Of a stretch of 64,000 nucleotides of DNA, positions 21,199-31,235 are shown piece after piece (the stretch's first letter is position 1; each line of letters begins with the position of its first letter). The stretch covers positions 738,862 to 802,861 of the forward strand of contig CAWAWP010000003.1 of NCBI GenBank assembly GCA_963785845.1, read 5' to 3'. A model generated the notes under the pieces. The model was not told the origin of the DNA, did not search any database, and was given only the letters and a program-made list of their open reading frames with translations. A program made the translations under genes and the position numbers. The DNA comes from an uncultured Chloroflexia bacterium. GTDB taxonomy: Bacteria > Chloroflexota > Ktedonobacteria > Ktedonobacterales > JADMIN01.

Positions 21199-21882
21199 AT
21201 GACGAAGGCACGAATGCAGGTCGCGTGGCGGCGCGCCCTAATGGTAGGGTTGGTCGCCGTCGTCGTTGTCGCCTTCGCCGGCCTTTTCGTCTCGCTCGCC
21301 AGCAACCCACATCAGGCGAGCCATATGGCCGATGATGCTCCCACACCCACTTTCACTATCTCGCCGACCTTCACGCTTGCGCCGACGGCGACAGCAACCG
21401 CGATCCCCACCGCGACGCCATCGCCAACGCCGGTCTTCGTGGCACCTACTGCAACGCCGGCTCCGCCACAGGGACCATTCTTCGCCAGATTTCCAAACGG
21501 CAGCCTCATGTGGACGGGCGTTATTAATGCCCACTGCCCAACCTCGGCGCAGCTCGAATTTCAGGTGGTCATTCAACTGGACATGCAGCCTGGTGATACG
21601 ATCCTCTGGCATTGGGTACATTACGATGGCGCAACACAGGGACAACCCGCGGACGCCACCTTCACGGCGTACGAGCCCACCGCCGAGTATCCTTGGGTCA
21701 ATGGGCCTTACTCTTCCAACCCGGTGCGGATCAGCGCGGACGATACGTGGAACATCACCAGCGCGGACATGACAGGCTCAACGGCGCGCTGGGGTGATCA
21801 GATCGTCGTAGATGCAATCAACGGCAAGCCGCTCGCGACCCCTCTAGTCAGTGGGGTACACGATCTGGCAACTGGTTGTTGA
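21199..21882 (+). CDS. Hypothetical membrane-anchored protein with a Thr/Pro/Ala linker
   Basis: 227-aa ORF with GAGGAGAAG upstream, one TM helix (LMVGLVAVVVVAFAGLFV), a linker TPTFTISPTFTLAPTATATAIPTATPSPTP, and a globular C-terminus I do not recognise. Confidence 0.6.
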   Translation: MTKARMQVAWRRALMVGLVAVVVVAFAGLFVSLASNPHQASHMADDAPTPTFTISPTFTLAPTATATAIPTATPSPTPVFVAPTATPAPPQGPFFARFPNGSLMWTGVINAHCPTSAQLEFQVVIQLDMQPGDTILWHWVHYDGATQGQPADATFTAYEPTAEYPWVNGPYSSNPVRISADDTWNITSADMTGSTARWGDQIVVDAINGKPLATPLVSGVHDLATGC

Positions 21883-21956
21883 GCCTGCGAGCGGTCGTGA
21901 GGAATAGTGAGTGAGCAGGCTTTGTCCGCCGCTCACTCCGCTTGGAACCATAGCTG

Positions 21957-22259
21957 CTACCGCTTGCGGAAGTCCCTGCGTCGACCCGGTCGCGCGGAGA
22001 ACGAGACGTGGTCGCCGGGGCTGAGCTTGCGCTTCTGCATCTGGATATGGATATCGTTGAGGTGCATGTAGTTGCGGATCGTCTCCATGTCCTCGTGCCC
22101 CAGCAACTGCTGCAAGGTGAACGGATCCCCGCCCAACATCAGGTAGTGGACGGCGAAGGTGTGGCGGAAGATGTGCGCCGAGATACGCCGATCCGTGAAC
22201 CCGCAGTGCCGCTTCAGCCGACGGATCACCTGCTCTACGCATTGCCGCGTCGGCGACAC
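21957..22259 (-). pseudogene. Tyrosine recombinase/integrase, C-terminal catalytic fragment
   Basis: ISAHIFRHTFAVHYL (HxxR box) and LLGHEDMETIRNYMH (catalytic Tyr). Only about 100 aa remain. Confidence 0.75.
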
Positions 22260-22260
22260 C

Positions 22261-22758
22261 CTAGCGGAGAAGGGGCGTGACCGTGCTGCCTATCCACCTA
22301 TCGACGCGCCATGGCCGAGGCCACCCCGTGATCGCGAAGAGGATCGGCGGCACGATTAACCGTTGGCGTTGGCGGGGTGGGCATGCCGCAGCCCAGCGAC
22401 GAGGGTAGAAGGCGTAGACGCCGACGATCGGATCGAGGAAGAGCATCAGCAGCAGGCCCCAGGCAACCGGCCGCGCCCGCCTTGGGAAGAAGCAGACGAG
22501 CATCGCCAGCGTCTGGAGGAGGTAGGCGGCGACGGCGGCAACGAAGAACCACCCACCATCGCCCTGGTTGGGGTCGTGGCAGGTGTAGTCGCCCATGGGG
22601 GCGAGGGGACATTGGGTGAAGCCGAAGAGGACCATCATGAGGATCGGCAGCAGCCCCACGGCGACCCCGACTGAGAACCAGCGACCTGCGCCACTCCCTG
22701 CCGGTCGTGCTGTCCCAACCGGCGATGCCTGTAGTTTGGGCGATGACTGATCTCGCAT
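22261..22758 (-). CDS. Hypothetical multi-pass membrane protein
   Basis: ATG at 22758 with AAGAGGAG 8 nt upstream. Hydrophobic segments follow (WFSVGVAVGLLPILMMVLFGF, WFFVAAVAAYLLQTLAMLVCFF, VAWGLLLMLFLDPIVGVYAF). The track ORF 22261-23016 is a chimera with the integrase N-terminal fragment. Confidence 0.55.
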   Translation of the reverse strand: MRDQSSPKLQASPVGTARPAGSGAGRWFSVGVAVGLLPILMMVLFGFTQCPLAPMGDYTCHDPNQGDGGWFFVAAVAAYLLQTLAMLVCFFPRRARPVAWGLLLMLFLDPIVGVYAFYPRRWAAACPPRQRQRLIVPPILFAITGWPRPWRVDRWIGSTVTPLLR

Positions 22759-22941
22759 GCGGCATACTCCTCTTGCCACCGAGCCGGTACGAGACATGCC
22801 AACCGCGGCATCCCGTCGCCATCCGGGGCTGCGGTCAAGTCTAGCTGAGCCGGCAGGTCGCGCCCACGCACAACTCATAATGCATACAGATGCATACAGA
22901 TGCCTGTACAGCCGGCAGCCCGCGGGCGCCGAGCGGGCACA

Positions 22942-23067
22942 AAACTGCGCGTCGGTGGTGTGCCATTCCAGCGTCTTGGGGCCGTGGCCCTCGCTGCGGT
23001 GGACGATGAGGTACAACTCTACCAGCGTGGTGACGGTGCGGAGGCAGCGTGAACGTGCGGAGGTCGG
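22942..23067 (-). pseudogene. Possible integrase N-terminal (SAM-like core-binding) fragment
   Basis: My translation gives ..RTVTTLVELYLIVHRSEGHGPKTLEWHTTDAQF. This resembles the 'fl...g.s.kTl..y...l..f' helix pair of phage integrases. Confidence 0.35.
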
Positions 23068-23270
23068 CTTGGTGGGGCGCGGTTGTGATGGTCCGCTGTG
23101 GATGTTTGGGCATGCATGGTGTCGGTACCCCTTCTCTTAGGGGCTCCGGGCGAGACGGGCGGGGTAGCAGATGGCAGGTACGCACCAGTTCCATGAGTTC
23201 TATATTGGAAGGCGAAGCAGCGCCCCAAACAACAAAAGCCTATCGCCGCTCGCTTCGCGCGGAGCCGGAT

Positions 23271-24206
23271 TAGAGGCTGTCTGAGAAGGGTCCGGATCGT
23301 GCAGGGATGGGGAGGCACCGGGAGGTGCTGCCATGTTCCGACAACCCTATCCGAGCGATCTGCGGGATGCCGAGTGGGCGCTGCTCGCGCCGTTGCTGCC
23401 CGCGGCCAAGCCGGGCGGGCGGCCACGCAGCGTGGACCTGCGCGAGATCGTCAATGCCCTCAGTTATTGGCTGCGCAGCGGCGAGGCGTGGCGCCTGCTG
23501 CCGCATGATTTCCCGCCCTGGCGGACCGTCTATCACTACTGGCGGGCGTGGCGCCTCAGCGGCGATTGGGAGCGCATCCACGCCCTCTTGTATGCGCGGC
23601 TGCGCGCCCGTGTGGGCCGGGCGGCGACCCCCAGCGCAGGCATCGTGGACAGCCAATCGGTCAAGACGACGGAAAAGGGGGCCCGCCCAGCTCAGCGGGC
23701 TTCGACGGCGGCAAAAAGGTGAAGGGGCGCAAACGCCACCTACTGGTCGATACCACCGGCCTGGTCGTCAAAGTCCTCGTCCACCCGGCCGACGTCCCGG
23801 ACGGCATCGGCGGCCGGCGGTTGCTCGAGGCGATCGCCAACCGCGCCCAGGCGTTGCCTCGCCTGCGCCACCTGTGGGTCGACGCCGCCTACCAAGGGAG
23901 TTTCAAGAAGTGGGTGGAGCAGACGCTCGGCTGGACGGTGACGGTGGTCCGCAAGCCACGCCGCTGGTTCTGGGTGGGGCCGGGGCAGGAGCCGCCGGCG
24001 CTGGAGAGGCCACCGGGCTTCCAGGTGCTGCCGCGCCGCTGGGTGGTGGAACGCACGTTTGGCTGGCTCGGGCGCTGGCGCCGCACCAGCAAGGACTACG
24101 AGTTCCTGCCCACCACCTCCGCGTGCGTCCTCTACGCCATTATGATCCGCCTCATGCTGCGTCGGCTGGCGGACAGCGACGGCTAACCCTTCTCAGACAC
24201 GCTCTA
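23271..24206 (+). mobile_element. IS5-family insertion sequence (IS427-like, 936 bp)
   Basis: Terminal inverted repeats TAGAGGCTGTCTGAGAAGGGT (23271-23291) and ACCCTTCTCAGACACGCTCTA (24186-24206) match at 19 of 21 positions. A two-frame DDE transposase lies inside. Confidence 0.85.
23333..24186 (+). CDS. IS5-family transposase, orfA (23333-23722) joined to orfB (to 24186) by a -1 shift at GAAAAGGGGG
   Basis: orfA: DAEWALLAPLLP..GRPR..REIVNALSYWLRSG..WRLLP. orfB: GFDGGKKVKGRKRHLLVDTTGLV..HLWVDAAYQG..VERTFGWL. The frames meet at the G5 run 23677-23681; one extra G would also fuse them. Confidence 0.85.
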
Positions 24207-24238
24207 GGCAAGACGTTCTGACGGGAAGCGGTGAAGAG

Positions 24239-24293
24239 AGGAGCGGGAGACGAGACTCGAACCCGACACCCTGTTTGGAAGACAGGTACTCAC
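24239..24293 (-). repeat. Diverged partial copy of the tRNA-Gly 3' half (att remnant)
   Basis: GGAGCGGGAGACGAGACTCGAACCCGACACCCTGTTTGGAAGACAGGTACTC against the tRNA at 55953-56028: about 6 mismatches, same orientation, no 5' half. Bracketed by the 12-bp inverted repeat AAGCGGTGAAGA (24226-24237 and 24295-24306). Confidence 0.7.
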
Positions 24294-24378
24294 TTCTTCA
24301 CCGCTTGATAGCCATGATCCCCAAGGACTCCGTGCGGGAGAAGAGTTCACGCGCGGAAGGTGCCTTGTAGACCTTAGC

Positions 24379-24470
24379 TCATTTCTCGATAAGCAGTCGG
24401 CGAATACCACCCTTGCGCTCGGCCACGTCGTCCAGTTCGTCGAGGCTGTAAACCAGCAGATCGCGTAATG
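24379..24470 (-). pseudogene. C-terminal fragment homologous to the att-adjacent protein at 42839-43827
   Basis: My translation gives ..TLRDLLVYSLDELDDVAERKGGIRRLLIEK*, compared with ..VGDLLVYSLEELEAVAERKGGIRRLLDEI in the full-length copy. It holds the same position relative to the tRNA remnant. Confidence 0.65.
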
Positions 24471-24579
24471 TGTAAGCGCGGCTCTCGCTGATGCCAGATG
24501 GGCCATGAAATTGTGCGCGAGCCTTCCAGATACCTGCCACCTGGTATCCCTAGCAGGCGAGCTGGTGGCCGAAGCGTGC

Positions 24580-25257
24580 TCACGCGGGGAAGCGTGGGCG
24601 GGCGGCGCGGCGGGCGCGCGAGATCGTCCGGTACGCCAGCGCGGCGAGCCCCGCGGCGAAGAGCAGGGCGGTGGCGATCCCCGCCGTCACGTCGACGGCA
24701 TCCGAGGCGCCGAGCGCGTCGGCGACGACCGCGGCGAGCACGCCCGCCACCACGACGTCGATCGCCCCGACGAGGTTTGGCGTCCCGGCGAGGATGTGCG
24801 CGAGGCTGAAGCCGGCGGAGAGACCGTACGACTGCATGACCCCCGCCTCGTCGTCGTGGTGCCCGGTCACGAAGTAAGGCTCCAGGTCCGGGGCCAGTTC
24901 GAGATAGGCGTGGCGCAGCCGGTTCATCCCGACCACGAGGCCCATATCCTCGGCGTTGGCCTCGGCAAGGCGGATGAGCGTCGCTAGCCCCACCAGCAGC
25001 ACGACGGGCAGGATCAGCAGGGCGAAGAGGCGGAAGCCCACGCCGAACGCGGTGGCCTGGGCGACGAGGGCGAGGGCCACGACGGCTGCCGAGAGGACAG
25101 TGAGGAACATCGAGGAGCGGCTGAAGATCTCGTTCCAGGTCATGCTGCGGGTGGCGAGCAGGCTCCAGTGCTCGGTCGCCAGGATCTGGACCCTGACCGC
25201 TTCTGTGATGCCGCCGCGGCCGGGCGGCGCGGGCGGCGTGGCCTGCGACTCATTCAC
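24580..25257 (-). CDS. Hypothetical multi-pass membrane protein
   Basis: ORF 24580-25386(-). Start placed at GTG 25257 (GGAGGAGGAG upstream) because the 10-bp tandem repeat further upstream is not a multiple of three. Several TM segments. Confidence 0.55.
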   Translation of the reverse strand: MNESQATPPAPPGRGGITEAVRVQILATEHWSLLATRSMTWNEIFSRSSMFLTVLSAAVVALALVAQATAFGVGFRLFALLILPVVLLVGLATLIRLAEANAEDMGLVVGMNRLRHAYLELAPDLEPYFVTGHHDDEAGVMQSYGLSAGFSLAHILAGTPNLVGAIDVVVAGVLAAVVADALGASDAVDVTAGIATALLFAAGLAALAYRTISRARRAARPRFPA

Positions 25258-25295
25258 CGTCTCCTCCTCCGAGGCCGTAGCCCCCACTATCGAAT

Positions 25296-25334
25296 CCGAT
25301 TGCCACCGATTGCCACCGATTGCCACCGATTGCC
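25296..25334. repeat. 10-bp tandem repeat CCGATTGCCA, about 3.9 copies
   Basis: Read directly: ccgattgcca ccgattgcca ccgattgcca ccgattgcc. Confidence 0.85.
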
Positions 25335-25430
25335 GCGTGGCATGCTGGCACATGCACGCTCCGCCGACAGCGAATGCTCGCCACAAGTGTACACCTGCTC
25401 GGCGACCTGCTCCAGTTCGTCAAGGCGGAG

Positions 25431-25850
25431 CACGAGCAGCTCGGCGACTAAGATCGCCAGCGAATAGGGCTCCTCCCCGGTGGCACAGCCGGCCGACCAC
25501 AAGCGCAGCACGTGGCCCTGCTTGCGTGCCTCAGCAAGCAACTGCGGCAGCACCCGTTGCTGCAAGGCCTCGAACAAGTCCGCATCGCGGAAGAACTCCG
25601 TCACTCTGATCAGGAAGCTGCTGACCAGTTGGGGGTATTCGTCGGGATGGCTGTCGAGGTACTGCCGGTAGGCGCCGAGGTCGGGCATGTTCGTGGCGAA
25701 CGTGCGGCGCTGCACCCGCCGCAGAATCGTGGGGAGCTTGTAGTGGATGAAGTCGATATTGGCGTGCTCCTGCACCGCGCTAAGTAAACGCTGCAGCGAC
25801 CGGCTATTTCGCTCCGCATCCACCGACGATGGCGCGCTGCCTTTCGAACG
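25431..25850 (-). pseudogene. CheR-type protein-glutamate methyltransferase fragment (N-terminal helical domain plus the start of the SAM domain)
   Basis: IDFIHYKLPTILRRVQRR.., DEYPQLVSSFLIRVTEFFRD, LRLWSAGCATGEEPYSLAILV. Homology then stops abruptly. Confidence 0.7.
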
Positions 25851-26250
25851 ACGACCAAGCTGGGCTGCTCCGCAGGGGATGCCGGAGTATCCGTCGTGTC
25901 TGGGGGGTTGCGGCGTGTCGCCATGGCGCATCACCATCCACATCCTGCGGGCGCGGCACCCATCCGTTGCCCGAAGCCGGGGCACACCGGCGGCGAGCGC
26001 GAGTCTCCTCACATGATGGTATCGCATACGTCGTCCGCCGTCTTACGAACCCGGATCGCCAGTGCTTTCCGAAATCTCCATTGGCTCACGTTATCGGGAC
26101 GCGGACACACGGTGGGCTATCGTGCGGAAACCGCAGCTCGCCCTGCATCGCCGCCAGTTGACTGCCGTGAGGCGTTGTGCCCACCAGTGAGGTAGAAGCG
26201 CGAGGCCTCATGCCGCTGGACCTAGTGTTAGGTGCGAGGGCTCGGCTCAA

Positions 26251-27138
26251 TCACGGCTTTACGCTGCGCCACGCGATGCGCCAGTCCAAGGGATCGTTCC
26301 CCGCGTCCCACGAGATCACGCCGCTCCCATTCCGCCAGCACTGGCCCGAGTAGAAACAGGCTGGATCGGCAGCCAGCTTCGACCACCCCGTCGCGGGTAG
26401 CTCCTTGACCATAAACGCGCTGACCGATTGCACCGTGCCCGGGCTGCAAATGTCGTACCCTCGCAGGCCGCCCGACGCGTCATCGGGGACCGTCGAGGAG
26501 AGCGGCGGCAGTGGCAGCGCGGGTGTGTACCCCGGCAGGAAGTAGACATCTCGCGTTGCGGCCGCGATGCTGAAGTTCGGGCCGCAGGTCGGGAAGTCCG
26601 GCGAGACCGCCCAGCGCGCCCGGTAGGTGACGACGCCACCGCCATGGTCAGCGTACTGATCAAAGATGAGGTAGTAAAGCGGGCCACCCTTCGGGTCGAA
26701 CCAGCAGGGCGTCGCCGCGCAACTTTGCATGAGCCCGCCATCCGCGGGGAAGGTCTGCGCGTCGAGCCAGCCGTGCTCCAGTGCGCCAAGGTGGGTCGAG
26801 AAGAACGCCGCCACTGCCACGGCTGTCGTGTCTGGAGTACATGCCGTAAAACTATAGGTGCTGAAAAGCCCCTGCCCGCTCGCGACCTGCTGCGCCGCCG
26901 TGCCAACCGTACCCTGCGGGAAAACGATGGGATAGAGGAAGCCCTGCTGCTGGAGGTCGATTGCCGCCGCGCCCGGGAGCACGGATGTGCACGTCGCCTG
27001 CACCGTGGCTGTGGGCTGCACGGTGGCTGTGGGCTGCGTCACTGTGGTACTCGACGAGCCGCACGCTGTCATGAACAGGAGGAGTGCCGGGATGACAAGT
27101 GCGGCGCATAGCGGTGCGCGCCAGATACGTCGTGACAT
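26251..27138 (-). CDS. Hypothetical lipoprotein
   Basis: Lipobox LLLFMTACG and a repeated linker TVTQPTATVQPTATVQAT (18-bp DNA repeat near 27000-27040). The Cys-rich globular part is not recognised. Confidence 0.65.
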   Translation of the reverse strand: MSRRIWRAPLCAALVIPALLLFMTACGSSSTTVTQPTATVQPTATVQATCTSVLPGAAAIDLQQQGFLYPIVFPQGTVGTAAQQVASGQGLFSTYSFTACTPDTTAVAVAAFFSTHLGALEHGWLDAQTFPADGGLMQSCAATPCWFDPKGGPLYYLIFDQYADHGGGVVTYRARWAVSPDFPTCGPNFSIAAATRDVYFLPGYTPALPLPPLSSTVPDDASGGLRGYDICSPGTVQSVSAFMVKELPATGWSKLAADPACFYSGQCWRNGSGVISWDAGNDPLDWRIAWRSVKP

Positions 27139-27575
27139 CGCCTGTAGCTCCTTGGAGGTAGTGCCTTCGCGCGATGCAGCTAGTGCTCACGCTCCGGCGC
27201 CGGAGCGTGAGCACGCTCGGTGTTAGCAGGTATAGCGTTCGCGAATCTCTGCGGCGTCACGGGTGCGTCCTTCGACGGCGCAAGTCGGTCACAATTGCAC
27301 TGTGCGGGTCCGTCAGCTCCAAGATCTGAGAAGCGCTTCGGTTCGGCGCAGCGACTGCCTGTGCCGCTGCGCGGTGGGTGCCCGCATGGAAGAGGGTGCC
27401 ACGCTCGCTTCGCCGTCAAGGGGGGCAAGTCGTTTCTATACGTTCCCGCCCAGCGCGTGCAGGACTCGTGATGCGGCGGGTCCCGTTCGTGATGGCACGG
27501 TGCGGCGGCCGCTAGCACAATGAGTCGTCAGGATGTCCATGCGGACGTCGAGCATGAGCGAATGGAAGGCCGCAT

Positions 27576-28525
27576 ATGGCAATGCCGGTACAGCAGGGAC
27601 AAGTTGAAAGGACGCGAGGAACCGTCCTCGTGCCGTTGGATGGCTCGACGCGCGCCGAGCAGGCACTTGCGCTCGCTGCACCGCTCGCGCAGTCGACCGC
27701 GCGCGAGTTGCTTTTAGCGCGCGTCGTACCGCTGGTAACGCCGTTCGCGGCCTTGGCGGCACAGGGGCCGTCGTCGCCCCAGAGATCTATCAGCGCATGC
27801 AGGACGATGACTGCTGGGCGGCGTTGGCGTATCTCGAGCGCGTCGCCACACCGCTGCGCGCGGAAGGCGGGGCCGTACGGACAATTTTGCTGCGCGGGGA
27901 CGCCGCCGCCGCCCTCCTGGATATCGAAACCCGGGAGCACGCGGAGCTCGTCGTCATGACCACCCATGGTCGGACCGGGCTGGCCTGCTTCATGCTCGGC
28001 AGCGTTGCCGACCGCCTTGTGCGCGGGGGCACGGTGCCAGTGCTCTTGCTGCGCTCCTTCGCGCAACAGGCTTCGCGCGATCAGGTGAACACACCGGCGA
28101 TCATGGCACACGGAGGTCTGGCGCTGGTCGCGCTGGACGGGTCGAATCGGGCTGAGCGCGCCCTCGACGCCTGCCGCCCGCTCGTCGGCGCCCTCGTGCA
28201 ACGGATCCTGCTCGTGCGCGTGGTGGGCGACGGCGCCGACGGAGCGCAGACGCAGGCAGCCTATGACTATCTCGACGACGTAAAAACGCGCCATGCCGGC
28301 GAGTTCACGGTGCGGGGCTGCCCCCTCAGTACGCTGGTCCTCTATGGCGAGGCGGCCGAGCAACTTATTGACTACGCCGAGCACCAGGCGGACCTGCTCG
28401 TCGTCGCCACCCATGGACGCACGGACGCCGCACGCTGGGCGCTCGGGAGCGTCGCCGACCGCGTCCTCCAAGGCTGCGCGACGCCGCTGCTGCTCATCCA
28501 TTCCGCTAGCGCAATGAGGGTATGA
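27576..28525 (+). CDS. Tandem universal stress protein (two UspA domains) with an apparent frameshift at the G4 run 27764-27767
   Basis: ORF 27576-27959 starts domain 1 (VLVPLDGSTRAEQAL). ORF 27797-28525 carries the rest (VVMTTHGRTGL..GSVADRLV and VVATHGRTDAARWALGSVADRVL). One extra G gives ..AAQGAVVAPEIYQRMQDD... Confidence 0.8.
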
Positions 28526-28576
28526 CACGCGAGGGCGGGGCGGAACGGGGCAGGACGGGCGAACAGTGCTGGACAC

Positions 28577-28816
28577 CTAGCTGAGTTTGACGGCAGTGCC
28601 CAGCACTAATAGCGTCCCGACCAACGCCGAGACGCGGATGCCGATTACGGCGTCGGCCCCCAACTCAGCGGCCTGCGTCTCGAGTTGCTCTACCGCCTGG
28701 CTCAACCATTTGCCGACCGTGCGCTCGCTGGCTAACAGCCCCGACCCTATCTCGGCGCTCACCAGACCGAGCGGCGTGAAGAGCCCGGGCAGCATATCTG
28801 TCGTTGTCATCAACAT
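28577..28816 (-). CDS. YbjQ-family (UPF0145) protein, short form
   Basis: MLMTTT.. start, AAELGADAVIGIRVS and GTAVKL ending resemble YbjQ/DUF74. At 79 aa it is about 25 aa shorter than is typical. Confidence 0.55.
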   Translation of the reverse strand: MLMTTTDMLPGLFTPLGLVSAEIGSGLLASERTVGKWLSQAVEQLETQAAELGADAVIGIRVSALVGTLLVLGTAVKLS

Positions 28817-29261
28817 CGGTCAGATCCTTCCCGTGTCGCTGATGTTCCCTTGCCGGTCGCGGGAGCGGCAGACTTGTCTCCGCAGCATTGGTGCCACCCC
28901 AGACGCGCCGCGCTCGACACTGAACATGGGCACGCCGGGGAGCCGCAGAGCTCAGGGCGATTCCGTCTTACCGCGGACGTATCGCATCACGCGCAGCATG
29001 AACGTACGCGTCCTCTTCGCGGTGGGCCATGCGCAGCACACGCTCTGGGTGCGGTGTGAGCGCGTCCACCATGAGGGTCGCGTTCGGCTACAGACGCTCG
29101 GCACGTGCCACGGCGACGCGCAGGGCGTCGGGGTCATTGCGCGGCACGGCGGTCGCGGTTCCCGCCGGTACTGCTGTAGGCTGCATCCAGTTGCCAATGA
29201 CAACGACCGAAACAACATCCAGGTGAACTGCAGTATGTTGGAGCGATCGCTTGGCGTCCAC

Positions 29262-29885
29262 CTACTGCAGGCAGGCATTGCCGCCGCGCAGGTCCACACC
29301 GCCCCAGCAGTTGCCAGTGTCATCCAGGATGATGACCTTCTTCACGCTGGGGAATTGCTGCAACGTGTTGGTGATCTCGGCCCCAATGCGGAACCCCGTC
29401 CCCTCACCGGCCAGCTCCGTCGGCCGGCAGAGCTTCAGCGTGGCGGTGCCCAGCTCAGACGTGGTGCCCTTCATGTTCAGCGTGAGGATGAAGTCGGGGC
29501 CACCCACGGGCGCTGTGCCGCTGACGCAGACCGACGGGCCGGTGAATGCATCGTTGAACTCGCTGAAGAGGCCAGCGGCGCGCTCCTCGGGGGTCGGCCC
29601 GGCGATGAGCATCTGGATGGAGAACGTCTCGACCTGCGAGGTCGGCGAGACGCGGTTCACCGGCGCGACGCTCGTCATACTCCCGGCGTTGTTCGAGAAG
29701 TAGACCTTGATCGGATAGCCAGCCAGGCTGGTCGTGGTGGGCGTCACCGCCACCGTCGCTGTTGCCGTCGGCGTGTTGGCACCAGGGCCGGTGGTGCTGG
29801 ACGTGCCGCAGGCAGCCAATGCCAGTGCTGCCACAATGAAGACTACGGCCAGCGGAGTGCGGGCAAAGGACGATAGATGCTTCAC
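29262..29885 (-). CDS. GerMN-domain lipoprotein
   Basis: GTG 29885 (GAGGAG 7 nt upstream). Lipobox VAALALAACG, a Thr-rich linker, then IKVYFSN.. and MLIAGPTPEE..G (GerMN signature). Confidence 0.7.
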   Translation of the reverse strand: MKHLSSFARTPLAVVFIVAALALAACGTSSTTGPGANTPTATATVAVTPTTTSLAGYPIKVYFSNNAGSMTSVAPVNRVSPTSQVETFSIQMLIAGPTPEERAAGLFSEFNDAFTGPSVCVSGTAPVGGPDFILTLNMKGTTSELGTATLKLCRPTELAGEGTGFRIGAEITNTLQQFPSVKKVIILDDTGNCWGGVDLRGGNACLQ

Positions 29886-30210
29886 GATAGGGCTCCTCTC
29901 AAGCGACCTGATCGCGGTTTCTCCTCCGAATGCGAATGGCGAGCGCTCGTTCGCACAACCGTACACTGCTAGCCTCACAGGCAGAGCACAATGCAGTTCG
30001 ATGTGACCACGTGCACCTCACAGGCGGCAGACGGGCAAGAGTTGCGAGTATAGCGTGCCATGCCAGGGAGGCAGAGGGAGCACGCTGCGGCACCTGGCAC
30101 CTTGACGCGATGCTCGCCACGAAGCGGTCAACGGTAAGCAGCATGCCAGCGGATGAGCGAGCAGCCAGGCGAGAACAGTGCTCAATGGAGGTCGGCGCGG
30201 CACGCGCCGC

Positions 30211-30236
30211 CAGCCGTCAGCCGTCAGCCGTCAGCC
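30211..30236. repeat. 7-bp tandem repeat CAGCCGT, about 3.7 copies
   Basis: Read directly. It overlaps the 3' end of the permease fragment. Confidence 0.8.
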
Positions 30237-30718
30237 AGCGAACCCAGCTGGTCCGGTCGGGTGAACTCTTGACCGTCGCGGCGGTCGCCCACGTCATTTG
30301 CTGGACTCAACGCCATGGCGGCCAATCCGGAGATGCATCCCCGCTCGCGACAGGCGGCGCGGTGGCGGGGGCCTTGAGCCTTACGCAGCGTGATGACGGC
30401 GACAGTGCCGAGGATGTACACCAGCGCCACGACGACCGTGCCCACCAGCGCCAGGCATCTCGCGCCGACGGCGGTGAAGATCCAGCCGAGGATCGAGATG
30501 CCGCCATATGCCGCCAGCGCCGCTGGCAAGAGGAAGATGCCAGAACCGGTCATGTTGCCGATGACGAGTGCGCTGCTTGAGCCGAGGCCGAGTGCGCGTT
30601 TGCCCTGCGGCGTCCCCGTCGGCGGCGAAGAGGCCGGGCGCGGCTGCCCCGCTGGCCACGTGATCTCCGCCTGACGCTGATCCAAAGGACGCTGATCTAA
30701 AACCTGGAGACTTACCAT
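30224..30718 (-). pseudogene. APC-family amino-acid permease, N-terminal fragment
   Basis: From ATG 30718: ..SSALVIGNMTGSGIFLLPAALAAYGGISILGWIFTAVGA is the first TM pair of an APC permease. The remaining roughly 350 aa are absent. Confidence 0.65.
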
Positions 30719-30797
30719 GGCACAGCCTCCGATCCCCTGTGGGGGTCCCGTCGCGTCACGGCTCCGGCGTCGGAAGTGGAGACAGGACCGCCGCTGC

Positions 30798-31235
30798 GTC
30801 GCGCAATTGCACGTGCCCGCGGAGGGGCAGGGACCTGTCATCACCTTGCACGCGCCGGATCCGGAGACGCCCATCCTGCTCACTGCAGATGGGCTGCGCC
30901 TGAGCCAGGTGTTTGGCAATCTCATCGGCAATGTCATCAAGTACAGCCCAGACGGCGGCGAGATCACCGTCTCGGTCATCGCGGACCCTGCGGCCAACAC
31001 GGCGGAGGTGCGCATTCGCGATCACAGCATCGGCATTCCTGAAGATCAGCAGGCGCTGCTCTTCCAACGCTTTGTGCGGGCACGCAACGTTCACGATCAT
31101 GGCATCGCCGGATCCGGCCTCGGCGTGTTCGTGTGTCGCGAGCTGGTCGAGCGGCATGGCGGCCAGATCTGGTGCGAATCCCACGAGGGCGACGGCACGA
31201 CGTTTTTCGTCTCGCTACCGACGCTCCCCCGTTGA
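30798..31235 (+). pseudogene. Histidine kinase C-terminal (HATPase_c) fragment
   Basis: N box LSQVFGNLIGNVIKYS, G1 IRDHSIGIP, G2 GSGLGVFVCRELVERHGG. There is no HisKA or sensor part, and the upstream sequence is the head of the permease fragment on the other strand. Confidence 0.75.

Noticed and set aside
24226-24306. The tRNA-like segment at 24.2 kb as a functional tRNA or tmRNA-like gene.
   Set aside because: It has no 5' acceptor strand or D arm complementary to CTCCCGC. Only the T arm and anticodon arm are recognisable, and they carry mismatches.
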